A stretch of 63,089 bases of DNA, the filler included, from Octopus bimaculoides (taxonomy: Eukaryota): NCBI RefSeq assembly GCF_001194135.2. It is 5 parts of 5 records of this genome, joined end to end, with 100 filler letters (N's around TTAATTAATTAA, not from the genome) between each part and the next. Parts side by side here need not be neighbours in the genome. Positions count along the whole stretch, not along the records: positions 41,753 to 59,786 come from NC_068983.1; positions 59,887 to 63,089 come from NW_026340627.1; 3 more parts are not named here. One strand, 5' to 3'. The notes below the pieces were generated by a model. That model had not been told where the DNA came from and ran no database searches. It saw nothing but the letters and a program-made list of their open reading frames with translations. Position 1 is the stretch's first letter; each line of letters begins with the position of its first letter. The position numbers and the translations under genes were made by a program. Below are positions 51,294 through 61,763 of the stretch, one piece after another.

Positions 51294-52186
51294 CGGATCT
51301 TTATCCTTTGAACGGTTTGTAACTAAACACTTTCAAACTTCGGACACTGGTAGAACGTGTCATATAAAACATCTTTTACTCTTAATGTTGTTGAGAAAAG
51401 TTTGTATTTTCAAAGTTATTTCGTGTTAAAGTTGTCGTATTTCGGTGATTTCAACCAATCAATGACGTGTATTCAGCTGAATAGAATTACTGATGTCCTT
51501 TGTCAATAACTTCGTTTGTCACTGTTATTTATGACATATTTCATCTCAGTTACGTTTGTATGAATAAACAAGTGTATCTGAAGCATGTTTACTTCATGGC
51601 ACCACCAAAATCATTTGTGCATTTCTACTGCTTTTAGTTGGATTTTTTTTCCTGTTTTTCAGCTACTATTTTCGGAAAGACTTGTTTGCCCCCTCCCCTC
51701 CAATTTCTTCACTTTTCACTTTTTTCCGTAACTCTAACCCTAAAATCCCAACCCTAAAACCCTAACCCTAAAACCCTAACCCTAAAACCCTAACCCTAAA
51801 ATCCTAACCCTAAAACCCTAACCCTAAAACCCTAACCCTAAAACCCTAACCCTAAAGCTAAAACCAGTACAAATGCACGAACGATGTCATAAATAACAGT
51901 GACAAACGAAATATACACCGCCGATAGTTGTTGTTGACAAACAACAGCAGTAATTTTATTCAGCTGAATACACGTCATTGATTGATTGAAATTACCGAAA
52001 TGCGACTACTTTAACACGAAATAACTTTGAAAATATAAACTTTTCTTAACAGCACTAAGAGTAAAAGATGTTTTAAATGACACATTCTACCAGTGTCCGA
52101 AGTTTGAAAGTGTTTAGTTACTAAAATTTTAGTGTTTAGTTACAAAAATTAATTTCTCGATTTACCGTTCAAAGGGAAAAGATCCG
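51294..52186. mobile_element. Foldback/MITE-like element with ~250-300 bp terminal inverted repeats
   Basis: 51294-51537 pairs with 51884-52186 (termini CGGATC...GATCCG; TA at the left edge); inner IR 51608-51638 / 51858-51886. Confidence 0.85.
51732..51857 (-). repeat. Telomere-variant array (TTTTAGGGTTAGGG)9
   Basis: Nine 14-bp units CCCTAACCCTAAAA on the plus strand, with few variants. Confidence 0.95.
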
Positions 52187-52280
52187 AAATTACATTTAAA
52201 TATTTTCAAAAATTCATAGTGATGCCTAATGTTATGTAATTAACCAAACTCCAGAGAATTGAGAGATGAAAATATCAAAT

Positions 52281-52467
52281 AATAATCCTTTCTACTATAG
52301 GCACAAGACCTGAAATTATATCAACCCCAGAGTTTTACTTGGTACTTATTTTATCAGCCCCGAAAGGATGAAAGGCAAAGTCGACCCCTGTGACGTTTGA
52401 ACCCAGGACGTAAAGTTGGATGAAATGCCGTAAAGCATTTTGCCCGGCGTGCTAACGATTCTGCCGC
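52281..52467 (-). mobile_element. SINE family B copy
   Basis: Reverse-complement B motifs. Confidence 0.9.
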
Positions 52468-52997
52468 GGGATAATGCCGATGAGCGCGGTGTTGCTTAAT
52501 CCTCTATTCGGACTAATATTGCGTATAATATACCTATGGAGTTCTTCAGAGCTATGAATAAAAATTTTCCTGCAATTCACCAGTCTCGTAAGGACTTTAA
52601 CCGACAGGCAATTTATCTGTCCTACTTCGTAACGCTTAACATTGCTCAGTATTTACCGCGATTCAAAAGTATGAAACTAAACTATTTATTCTATGGCAAA
52701 AGAGCCCCTACAGAGTCTAGACCTAATTATACGCCTAACCATAAGTTCATAAATGCACCGAGATTTAATAACCAAGGTATAGTAACCCTGCAACACATAG
52801 CAACCCTAATATATCAGAGTGACTAAATTCTATCACTACAGAAACATATCACTTTGTTCCCTTGTTGAACGTTCTGTACGTACACCTGGTGAAGTGCATG
52901 TGTATATTGGTACTACATCTAACCACATTAAATCTAGATTGTATATACAAAAAAACAATCAGTTTTAGCAATAAACGTAAAGCTAATTTCACTTCAT

Positions 52998-53226
52998 TAC
53001 TCTTTTACTCTTTTACTTGTTTCAGTTATTTGACTGCGGCCATGCTGGAGCACCGCCTTTAGTCGAACAAATCGACCCCAGGACTTATTCTTTGTAAGCC
53101 TAGTACTTATTCTATCGGTCTCTTTTGCCGAACCGCTAAGTTACAGGGACGTAAACACACCAGCATCGGTTGTCAAGCGATGTTGGGGGGACAAACACAG
53201 ACACACAAACATATACACACACATAC

Positions 53227-53258
<32 letters not shown>

Positions 53259-53432
53259 GTACATATATACGACGGGCTTCTTTCAGTTTCCGTCTACCAA
53301 ATCCACTCACAAGGTTTTGGTCGGCTCGAGGCTATAGTAGAAGACACTTGCCCAAGGTTCCACGCAGTGGGACTGAACCCGGAACCATATGGCTGGTAAG
53401 CAAGCTACTTACCACACAACCACTCCTGCGCC
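52998..53432 (-). mobile_element. SINE family C, full length (tRNA head, CORE-like motif, internal CA/TA microsatellite, (AAGAGTAA)n tail)
   Basis: Head ggcgcaggagtggttgtgtggtaag...ggttcagtccc; ccttgggcaagtgtctt; microsatellite at about 53195-53268; tail tactcttttactcttttac on the plus strand. Confidence 0.9.
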
Positions 53433-53797
53433 TTTATATATATTTGCTGATAAAAATATTGAATAAGAAATCGCTTTGTCAATTATGCGCACAGCACAAC
53501 ATTATAAGGGTGGTAACGATAAATGCAGTTTGCGCATATCTAAAATCTACGAATTAACTAGGTGTGAATCGAATCTCATTAATCAATGAAATAAATATTA
53601 GATGTCCACATTTATTCCTCACGCCCTTCCTATATAACCCGGAAAATAGTTTATTGACTTTAATTAGAATGTACTAACATACTACTTGTTGACTATAAGC
53701 AACTTATCCCTCTCTAGGTAATAATGTTTCTACTTTTCTACACTTAATTGTTTCACCTGTTTCTATTAATTGGTTACAATTGCCAAATATATACAAC

Positions 53798-53875
53798 GTG
53801 ATCTTAACTATCATAACTCTTAACTCTAACGGACATAATATACTAATTAATTTCTATGCGATACCAGTTCTACTG
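53798..53875 (+). pseudogene. Possible decayed R4-type RT fragment
   Basis: VILTIITLNSNGHNILINFYAIPVLL resembles ILKSELNGxNKIxAINxxAIPVL; short and eroded. Confidence 0.35.
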
Positions 53876-54220
53876 CATCATCATCTTTTGCTCAAGTACC
53901 TATCAATTATCTTCTTGTCTAATATTCGAGTACTTACTACCATGGTCACATAACCGCTAGTAATGCTATTTATACTCAGTTTTCTGAAACCATTAGATGA
54001 AACACTTGACTTAAACAAACTGTGTCGTTATGTTATAATTTCTGATTTATATTTTTAACCAGAGTAGAATCCTTAACATAACTGAATATTTATAAAACTT
54101 GTATTTCACTCACTACTGTAAAATTGCAATTGATAACCTGGCCCTTATCTGGTTTATACCTGGTTCATTAATTATTCATATTATACATATATATCATATA
54201 TATATATATATATATATATA

Positions 54221-54715
54221 TTCCCGTTCCCATTACAGTTTCATGCCCTATCTCGTTCCCTGTTCAGTTCCCGTTTTAATTCCGCTCCCATTCCTTTCCC
54301 TAATCCTCTGTAAATTTTAGAATCAGTTTGGTGTAATTAAGCCATTAAATATTTTATTAACCTTTATGGTAATAGTTTATTGCTAAAAATAGGTATTACA
54401 AACTACTTATACGATTAGTAAGTGAATAAGGAATGTCCCTATTTTATTTTAACAAATGAATATGCTTCTGAGTAAAATAAATGAGTTGACTGGTAATCCC
54501 GGGAAAGCGGAGGTTATTCCCAGTTCCCGTTTACCATTACACTGTTCCATGTCCTATCCTGTTTCCTGTTCAGTTCCCGTCTTTATGCCCAACCCGTCGT
54601 TTATGATAATAGTTTATTGCTAAAAATAGGTATTATTAATTCGATTAGTGGGTGAATAAGAAATGTCGCTATATTATTTTAACAAACGAATATGCAGCTG
54701 GGTAAAATAAATTAG
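54221..54715. repeat. Imperfect tandem duplication (54221-54484 / 54518-54715)
   Basis: Both units share ttcccgtt..ccattaca..., ctgttcagttcccgt and taatagtttattgctaaaaataggtatta...gtgaataag.aatgtc...; the second has an internal deletion. Confidence 0.85.
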
Positions 54716-54920
54716 ATAAATAAATAGATTTACAAATACACTCACAAATAGATTTGCAAGTATCCGCTGACGTAGGATAGATTTACAAACAGAATTACAA
54801 ATAGATTTGCAAATACCCGGTGATGTGGGATAGATTTACAAATAGATTTACAAATACACTGACAAATAGATTTATAAATAGATTTACAAACAGATTTACA
54901 AATACACAGTGACATGGGAT
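54716..54920. repeat. 12-bp minisatellite (AAATAGATTTAC) with a recurring higher-order spacer
   Basis: Repeats of aaatagatttac interrupted three times by c.gtga.gtgggat-like motifs. Confidence 0.9.
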
Positions 54921-54964
54921 CGCGTTTTGTAGCTGGTGTTTTCACGTGTCGTAGCTTATCGTAG

Positions 54965-55462
54965 CGTGGCTGTATCTCGCGTTGCCCGATAAAAATGATT
55001 ATGGTGTTGTGGTGATTTGGATTTAATTCATCAAATCAATTCTAGGTCATTGGTTATTACATTGTTTCATGTCCTATCCACGAATCATGCAGTTGACCGT
55101 GTTGTTAATGTGACCTTAGCATGGCATATGGGCGCTGCATGCAGAATTGTTTTCCTTTTGGAAAGCGGAGTAGTTCTCACAAAGGTCGCACACTGTTTAC
55201 ATGAAGGAATATACGGTTGAGCCTCACAGAAACATTTCTTAATTCAGTAGATGTGTTACTGAAATCAGTAGATGTGGTATTGATTTGTAGACATGTGCTA
55301 CAGTACCCCCGCTCAGGGGTTCCATTATAGATTTTTATTGAAATCCAATTAGCCTATAATTCAACCGGATGTTAGTTTAACACATATGCAAAGTTTCATC
55401 AAGATTGGTTCACTGGCGTAGATAGTAAGATAATAACAGACAGAAATTGCAATTTATGTATA
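54965..55462 (+). mobile_element. Helentron-associated (HINE/DINE-1-like) non-autonomous element
   Basis: 5' gctgtatctcgcgttgcccg motif, hairpin acccc-cgctca-ggggt (55305-55320), 3' caaagtttcatcaagattgg...acagacaga...atttatgtata; motif resemblance only. Confidence 0.5.
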
Positions 55463-55464
55463 AG

Positions 55465-55467
<3 letters not shown>

Positions 55468-55545
<78 letters not shown>
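55468..55545. repeat. (GT)n microsatellite
   Basis: Directly visible. Confidence 0.95.
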
Positions 55546-56256
55546 TTGGCCGAATTTTAAACTTACTAAATCTTGTTATTTTGATAATATTTAGACACGT
55601 TCCGTTTGTGTACGTATGTGTGTGTATGTGCGTGTGTGTGAGAATGTAATCCACTGATTATTAATGTATATTGAAGGTGGTTTAAGTGTACCTGTGATAT
55701 TGCTTTTAGTAAATATCTCTATGGGAGAGGGCAAATACGTGAGAGCGTATGAATATTTTGTGTGTGTGTGTGTGTGAATATTTTACGACGCATTTATATG
55801 AGGTAGATATGTGAGTTTGCGCGGATACGCATGTATGTGTGAATGTGTATCGTAAGATAGGCACGTCCATACTTTGAAACCAGCGTGGCTCGAAACTTTA
55901 AACACCTTGTCTCACATTCTCTCAAAATATGTGCATCCGTTGATCCATTATTTTACTAAAAGCTCTTTGTCTTGATTTTCTTGATCGATTATTAGCATAC
56001 ATGACGTCATTTTCGGCATCCTCCCTATAGTTATTTTCTTATATTTTTTATATTTTGTTTTATTTTTATGAGCCCTGTGGCCAAAATTTTAGCAAACAAG
56101 TAGGTAACTAATTATTTTATTTTCTTTATTTTATCTTATTTGATTCTATTTATTTACTTATTTTCAAAGCATAAAAAAGTTTTGAACGGTACAACAATAC
56201 ACTATAATACAGACAATGGGCTATATACCTGTTGTAATTTAGTCATCTATAGTCTG

Positions 56257-56293
56257 ATATGATATTTTGGAATAATATTCCTTCTTCAGATAT
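56257..56293 (-). ncRNA. Minimal hammerhead motif with G12A core mutation
   Basis: AUAU-CUGAAGA-A-GGAAU(AUU)AUUCC-AAAA-UA-UC-AUAU; stems I and II perfect. Confidence 0.65.
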
Positions 56294-56822
56294 TCTTAGA
56301 TGGAATCGCTGCTATAATCAGGTTTCTAACGGCTTTTCTTTTTTTTTCCTTTTACTATGTTTTAAAACTGGGCAATTTTACTCATTTGTAAGTTAGTAAA
56401 ATCAATAGGGGCTGTAATAATTAGTGAAAATATGGAGATAATGTTTCATTTATTTATTTATTCATTGATAACTTGTGAATAAATGTACATACATAAGTTT
56501 CATAAACATTCATTTAACTTCGCCGAGTAGACACCGTGAAGAACTATTCGACTAACCATCACCGGTTCATAAATCTACTTGCACTGCTAGGTTAAATATA
56601 TGTTTCTTAAACGTATGCATAAGTATGTGTGCTGGGGGAGGGTGGGAATGACAAAAACGTTGTGGTATTTCGTTCCAACACAATATCAGTTTTTTTAATT
56701 CAGTGTTTGTAAGAACCTAGTGTAGAGCTTGAGGCGAGAAAGAACCCGAAATATACATGTACTGTTCGATTAATTTCTCAAAACAAGAGTTTTAGTATAT
56801 GCCTAAAACCTTGCGAATTTCG

Positions 56823-56917
56823 AACTTTCTGTTCTCATGGTTTGTTCTAATTCTCAACCTGATATAATAACTTTCTGTTCTCATTGTTTGTTCTGATTCT
56901 CAGCCTAATATAATAAC
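56823..56917. repeat. 46-bp tandem duplication (2 copies)
   Basis: aactttctgttctcat.gtttgttct.attctca.cct.atataat repeated. Confidence 0.9.
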
Positions 56918-58587
56918 TATTATATGAATCAACTTCGATATTTAAAGCTGATAAATGCTATCAGTGTTGTTATATTGAAAGTGACAAAAATGACATATGA
57001 ATTCCTTAATAGCCAAAGACAATGTCTCGTTAAGTAAAAGTAAATGATATGATTAGGAAACCCCGTACAAAAGAATTGCCGATCGAGGATATTGTGATAC
57101 CTAAAATGAATACGTATATACGTGTATGTATAGAGGTGTAAATATAGTTCATGGGAGAATTTCAGAACAATAACCTATTAAAATCACATACGAAGTAAAA
57201 TGGTAATAATCCATTATAAAATTGAAAGGTAAATTATATATTGTAAACGTGCATACTGTTATTCTAATGTTGTTCATTACTTTTTAAACGTAAAATCTAT
57301 GTGATTTGCTTGATTGTTGTCTCTTTATTTGATACTTTACGTTTTGTTTATTGCATCACTGTGAAATTACTTGTAATGTCTCTCATTTCACTGCAGTAAG
57401 CTTCACAGAGTGGTGGAAGGTTTATTACGGCTTATATACTATTATTTTTTTTGTTAGTATTTCACTTTATTTGCGCTTTTGGATACTTTGGAAAGCAAGA
57501 AAGTCGAATCACAACTTCCTGTTGTCTTCAAATCACGTAATGAAATAATTGATATTTGGTAATAGTGTCTTTGTGAGACACAAACTCTCTCCAGTTTCGA
57601 TTCCAAGTTGAAGCAACAATTTTACTTATGTCTATAAGGCATTTTGTATAAACTAATCGTAAATTATGAAAATTCTAACTTTTCACTAGTCTGTAACTCT
57701 GAGATTGTATTTCCATGTAAGCAATGAATGATAGTTTCTTTATAATGCCATTTACTAGCTGGTCTCTGTATATTACAGAGAAAACAAGAAGCAACTTACA
57801 TAGAGTTCTCTTTGAATTAATTACAAGTAATCACTTGTTGAGAACCTGCAATGGGAGAAATATCTTCCACAAATGGAATATGCTAGAGTAAGTATTTTCA
57901 TATTTTCATCCGCTGTGCCACAGAAAGATGGAAAAGCAATATTTTCAAAATCTGAAAGTTGTGGACCTTAGCCAAGACCATTGAGTTGCTGTGTTCTTGT
58001 GACTCACGGTTCAGAGAACCTATAAATTGTATCTTGGCATTTGTTACAGCTTATAAAAGACTGTTAACGGTCATAAAATAGTGGTCGTCTGCAAGAGACA
58101 CAGCAGAGCCTTTTTCTCCCATCTTTATCAGTACAACAGTAGCAACTAGCAACACTCTCCTAATTCAGATACCTAAGCAGAAGTATCTCCAACGACTACA
58201 CACAATACAAAGAAATTTTAAGTTGTCCAAGACACATTTCATTAGGATTTGTGAGGCTCAGGAGAAGAGTTTTTGTAAATAACAATCTCAGCTTCCATAC
58301 TAAGGGTTATCCGTTTACCACTCTACTGCACAGGGACAAAATATGAAGAAAAAAGTATATTGTAAAAGAAATACTTGATACAGCCACAATATTTGAAGAA
58401 AGATTTTTTTTTTTAAGTTATTAACTATTTTGAGAAATCTAAGTAAAAGAGAATGAAACGAACCTTTTGGAATGAAATTTTTGTATTCTGTGTAAGCGTT
58501 TCTGTTTTCAGTTTTTCAAAGACGTGTTATAGAATAATCTATAGAGGCAGTTGCTTTCAGTTGCTTTTTAGTTCCTTTCAGGAATGT

Positions 58588-58910
58588 GTTGACTATTTCC
58601 GGTTTAGAATTCTTATAATGTATTCTTCTCTTGCGTTTTACATTTGACCATTTTCTTCTCTTATTTTGGAAAAATGAAATGTTTTGAATTTTCCATAAGC
58701 AAAAATGTCTAGTTGTTACATGGAACATTTCTGAGAGCTGAATCCATAGTTTGTTGCTTATGCACTCTCACATGGTGAATTAATTCTGATCTTTTTGGCT
58801 GGTGTAATTCTCATTGCATTGTGGACAAGTGATGCAATAGATAAGATTTTTACTTTTGCAATTCATAATATTCAATTCTTTCACATTCTCTAATCTTTTG
58901 GTTTTCCCAG
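58588..58910 (-). pseudogene. Penelope-like GIY-YIG endonuclease remnant
   Basis: MNCKSKNLIYCITCPQCNENY, then across frameshifts HVRVHKQQ...RNVPC, GKFKTFHFSKIREE and AREEYIIRIL/KPE: the CCHH-bearing GIY-YIG domain typical of PLEs. Confidence 0.8.
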
Positions 58911-59084
58911 TTCAATTATTCTACAAAAACAACAAATTAAAGATTAAGTTCATTGCCTAAGAATTTCTGATCGTGTATTTCACTATGCTATATAAGTTTC
59001 TGTGTGTGTTACGTGTGTATACATACATATATGCATTAATATGTATATGTATATTTATGTATATATATCCATGTATGTGTTTAT

Positions 59085-59250
59085 GAAGAATTTTTAGTCG
59101 AATGAATCGATCCCAGGACTTATTTTTTAAAAGCCTGGTACTTATTCTATCAGTTTGACGATCCGCTATATAACGGTGACGTAAACATACCAATACTGGT
59201 TGTCAAGCGGTGGGAGAAACAAACATTGATACAAAGACACACACACTGTG
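59085..59250 (-). mobile_element. 3' half of SINE family C ending in a (GT)n tract
   Basis: Matches 53055-53210. Confidence 0.85.
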
Positions 59251-59251
59251 T

Positions 59252-59325
<74 letters not shown>

Positions 59326-59381
59326 NNNNNNNNNNAAGGATCAAATATATAAATATATAAATATAAATATATATATATAAA

Positions 59382-59421
59382 GGCGACTCGAGTTTCAGGG
59401 CTATTTCCCTTCGTCATGGCC
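59382..59421 (-). ncRNA. Sister copy of the 48319 hammerhead, with an extra A in the core
   Basis: GGC-C(A)UGACGA-AGGG(AAAUAG)CCCU-GAAA-C(UCGA)G-UC-GCC; 31 of 32 nt identical to 48326-48357. Confidence 0.7.
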
Positions 59422-59439
59422 GGTATGACAGACTTTATG

Positions 59440-59473
<34 letters not shown>

Positions 59474-59741
59474 TGTATGTGTGTCTGTATGTGTGTGTAT
59501 ATGTATTTATGTGTGTATATATGTATGTATGTATGTATGTATGCATGTATGTGTGTGTGTATGCAGTCAAATCGAACATAGAAAATAACAACAAAACAAC
59601 CAGAACGTATATATGGAATATATTAGCTTCACGCGCAGTAAAGATGGAAAAAAGAGTGTTTTCCTTTTATTTTACGTTTGGAGCACAGTTCTTTGTCAGA
59701 AAGAGGAGAAAGGAAAGGTCCAGAGAAGGAAAATGCCCAGT

Positions 59742-59786
<45 letters not shown>

Positions 59787-60790
59787 NNNNNNNNNNNNNN
59801 NNNNNNNNNNNNNNNNNNNNNNNNNNNNNNTTAATTAATTAANNNNNNNNNNNNNNNNNNNNNNNNNNNNNNNNNNNNNNNNNNNNGGGGGGGGAGGGTA
59901 CTGATGTAGTATTGCGTGCGAGTGTGCGTGCATGTGTGTGTGAGTGTGTGTGTGCGTGTGTAATTGTGTAGTGGTGTGTAGTGGTGTTTATGTGTTTGGT
60001 TTGTGTGGTGTGTTGTGTATGTTGTAACGCATGGAGCAGTGAGTGTTCGAGTGTCGGTGTAATATGTAGTGGGAGTGCAAAGGTGAGTGGTGGTTAAAGG
60101 CGCTGTGTGTGTGTGTGTGTTTTATGTTGTGGTGTGTGTGTATGTGCGTGTGTTATACTATAAAGGTAATGTGTGTATATATGCGTGTGTGTGTGTGTGT
60201 GTGAGTGTNNNNNNNNNNNNNNNNNNNNNNNNNNNNNNNNNNNNNNNNNNNNNNNNNNNNNNNNNNNNNNNNNNNNNNNNNNNNNNNNNNNNNNNNNNNN
60301 NNNNNNNNNNNNNNNNNNNNNNNNNNNNNNNNNNNNNNNNNNNNNNNNNNNNNNNNNNNNNNNNNNNNNNNNNNNNNNNNNNNNNNNNNNNNNNNNNNNN
60401 NNNNNNNNNNNNNNNNNNNNNNNNNNNNNNNNNNNNNNNNNNNNNNNNNNNNNNNNNNNNNNNNNNNNNNNNNNNNNNNNNNNNNNNNNNNNNNNNNNNN
60501 NNNNNNNNNNNNNNNNNNNNNNNNNNNNNNNNNNNNNNNNNNNNNNNNNNNNNNNNNNNNNNNNNNNNNNNNNNNNNNNNNNNNNNNNNNNNNNNNNNNN
60601 NNNNNNNNNNNNNNNNNNNNNNNNNNNNNNNNNNNNNNNNNNNNNNNNNNNNNNNNNNNNNNNNNNNNNNNNNNNNNNNNNNNNNNNNNNNNNNNNNNNN
60701 NNNNNNNNNNNNNNNNNNNNNNNNNNNNNNNNNNNNNNNNNNNNNNNNNNNNNNNNNNNNNNNNNNNNNNNNNNNNNNNNNNNNNNNNNN

Positions 60791-60823
<33 letters not shown>

Positions 60824-60996
60824 TGTGTGTGAGTGTGTTTATCACCGCTCCCACCGCTTCATAACCTGTTTTGATTTGTGGTTCTATATATCATAGAATG
60901 GAATCGAAAGGAACTGGTAGTGATCTGCATCGGCAAAACTAGTTATTTGGAAAAAAAAAAATCAAAAACAGTGAAATTGTTGTTGGAGGTGGAAAA

Positions 60997-61029
60997 TCCA
61001 ACGTTTCGGACAAAGTTCTTCTTCAGGGA
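60997..61029 (-). ncRNA. Minimal PLE-type hammerhead motif (ACGU palindromic stem III)
   Basis: UCC-CUGAAGA-A-GAAC(UUU)GUCC-GAAA-CG-UU-GGA; one A-C mismatch in stem II. Confidence 0.65.
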
Positions 61030-61494
61030 GAAGCTCACCGGATTAAAAATTAAAGAAAGACAGCAGAGTTTTTTCTTCTGTGTTTTGAGAAGTCGACTGA
61101 AATTGATGGGGATTGCAAAACTGCATGAGTGTCATGCGTGGACAAAAAGTAGTAGGAGGGAGAATCTTAGTGAGAGAAGGAGAAGGAAAAAAAATGAGAC
61201 GAAGAAGAGAACATGGTGACGCTAGAGAAGCTAGAGAAGTGAGAGATGTATAAGGATATAAAAGGAAGGAACGGTTCATATTTCAACTTCGTACTTGTCT
61301 TTTACTTCTACACCTCTTCTTAATGCAGCACACACTTATTTTTATTCTCATTTCAATTCTTCCCTTCATCTGTCTCTCGCCTTTGCTTCTCATTTCCTTT
61401 CTCTTTCCTTAATGGTGAAATCTTCAGCTACACGTTTATATAGAGACTTCTAGATTAAAATCTTTACGCTGTGGGTACTACGCAATTTACTTAC

Positions 61495-61597
61495 CTGGAA
61501 GGTGTGACAAGATTTGTGTTTATCATACAGTGGTGCTGTCTTTAGAGTGGTCTCTCCTTTTTCTGAGTAGAGGTAGAGCAATTCCAGAGATTGGCAG
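61495..61597 (-). CDS. Candidate internal coding exon of an unidentified gene (103 nt)
   Basis: Acceptor tttgcacctttgtgatttag, perfect donor CAG/GTAAGT; only one frame open: (x)CQSLELLYLYSEKGETTLKTAPLYDKHKSCHTFQ; not repeat-like. Confidence 0.45.
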
Positions 61598-61726
61598 CTA
61601 AATCACAAAGGTGCAAATTTAAGGGTATCGAATATGCCTTGCAAGATTTCATACGACTCATAGCGTAGCTAGAGCCCAGAGACCTGATCCAAATTTTTGT
61701 TTCAGAAGGAATGTATGTGCACATGT

Positions 61727-61763
<37 letters not shown>

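Noticed and set aside
51732-51857. True telomere or chromosome-fusion site
   Set aside because: Short, variant 14-bp unit, single polarity and enclosed by TIRs of a mobile element.
54716-54920. CRISPR-like repeat/spacer appearance
   Set aside because: Spacers are themselves repeats, units are 12 bp and irregular, there are no cas genes and the context is eukaryotic.
57779-57887. Plus-strand exon-like frame (KTRSNLHRVLFELITSNHLL...) with a GTAAGT donor
   Set aside because: The next apparent exon needs a 36-nt intron and the region lies next to a minus-strand PLE relic; a weak piggyBac-like reading on the minus strand (DHYFMTV...IGSLNR) is equally unsupported.
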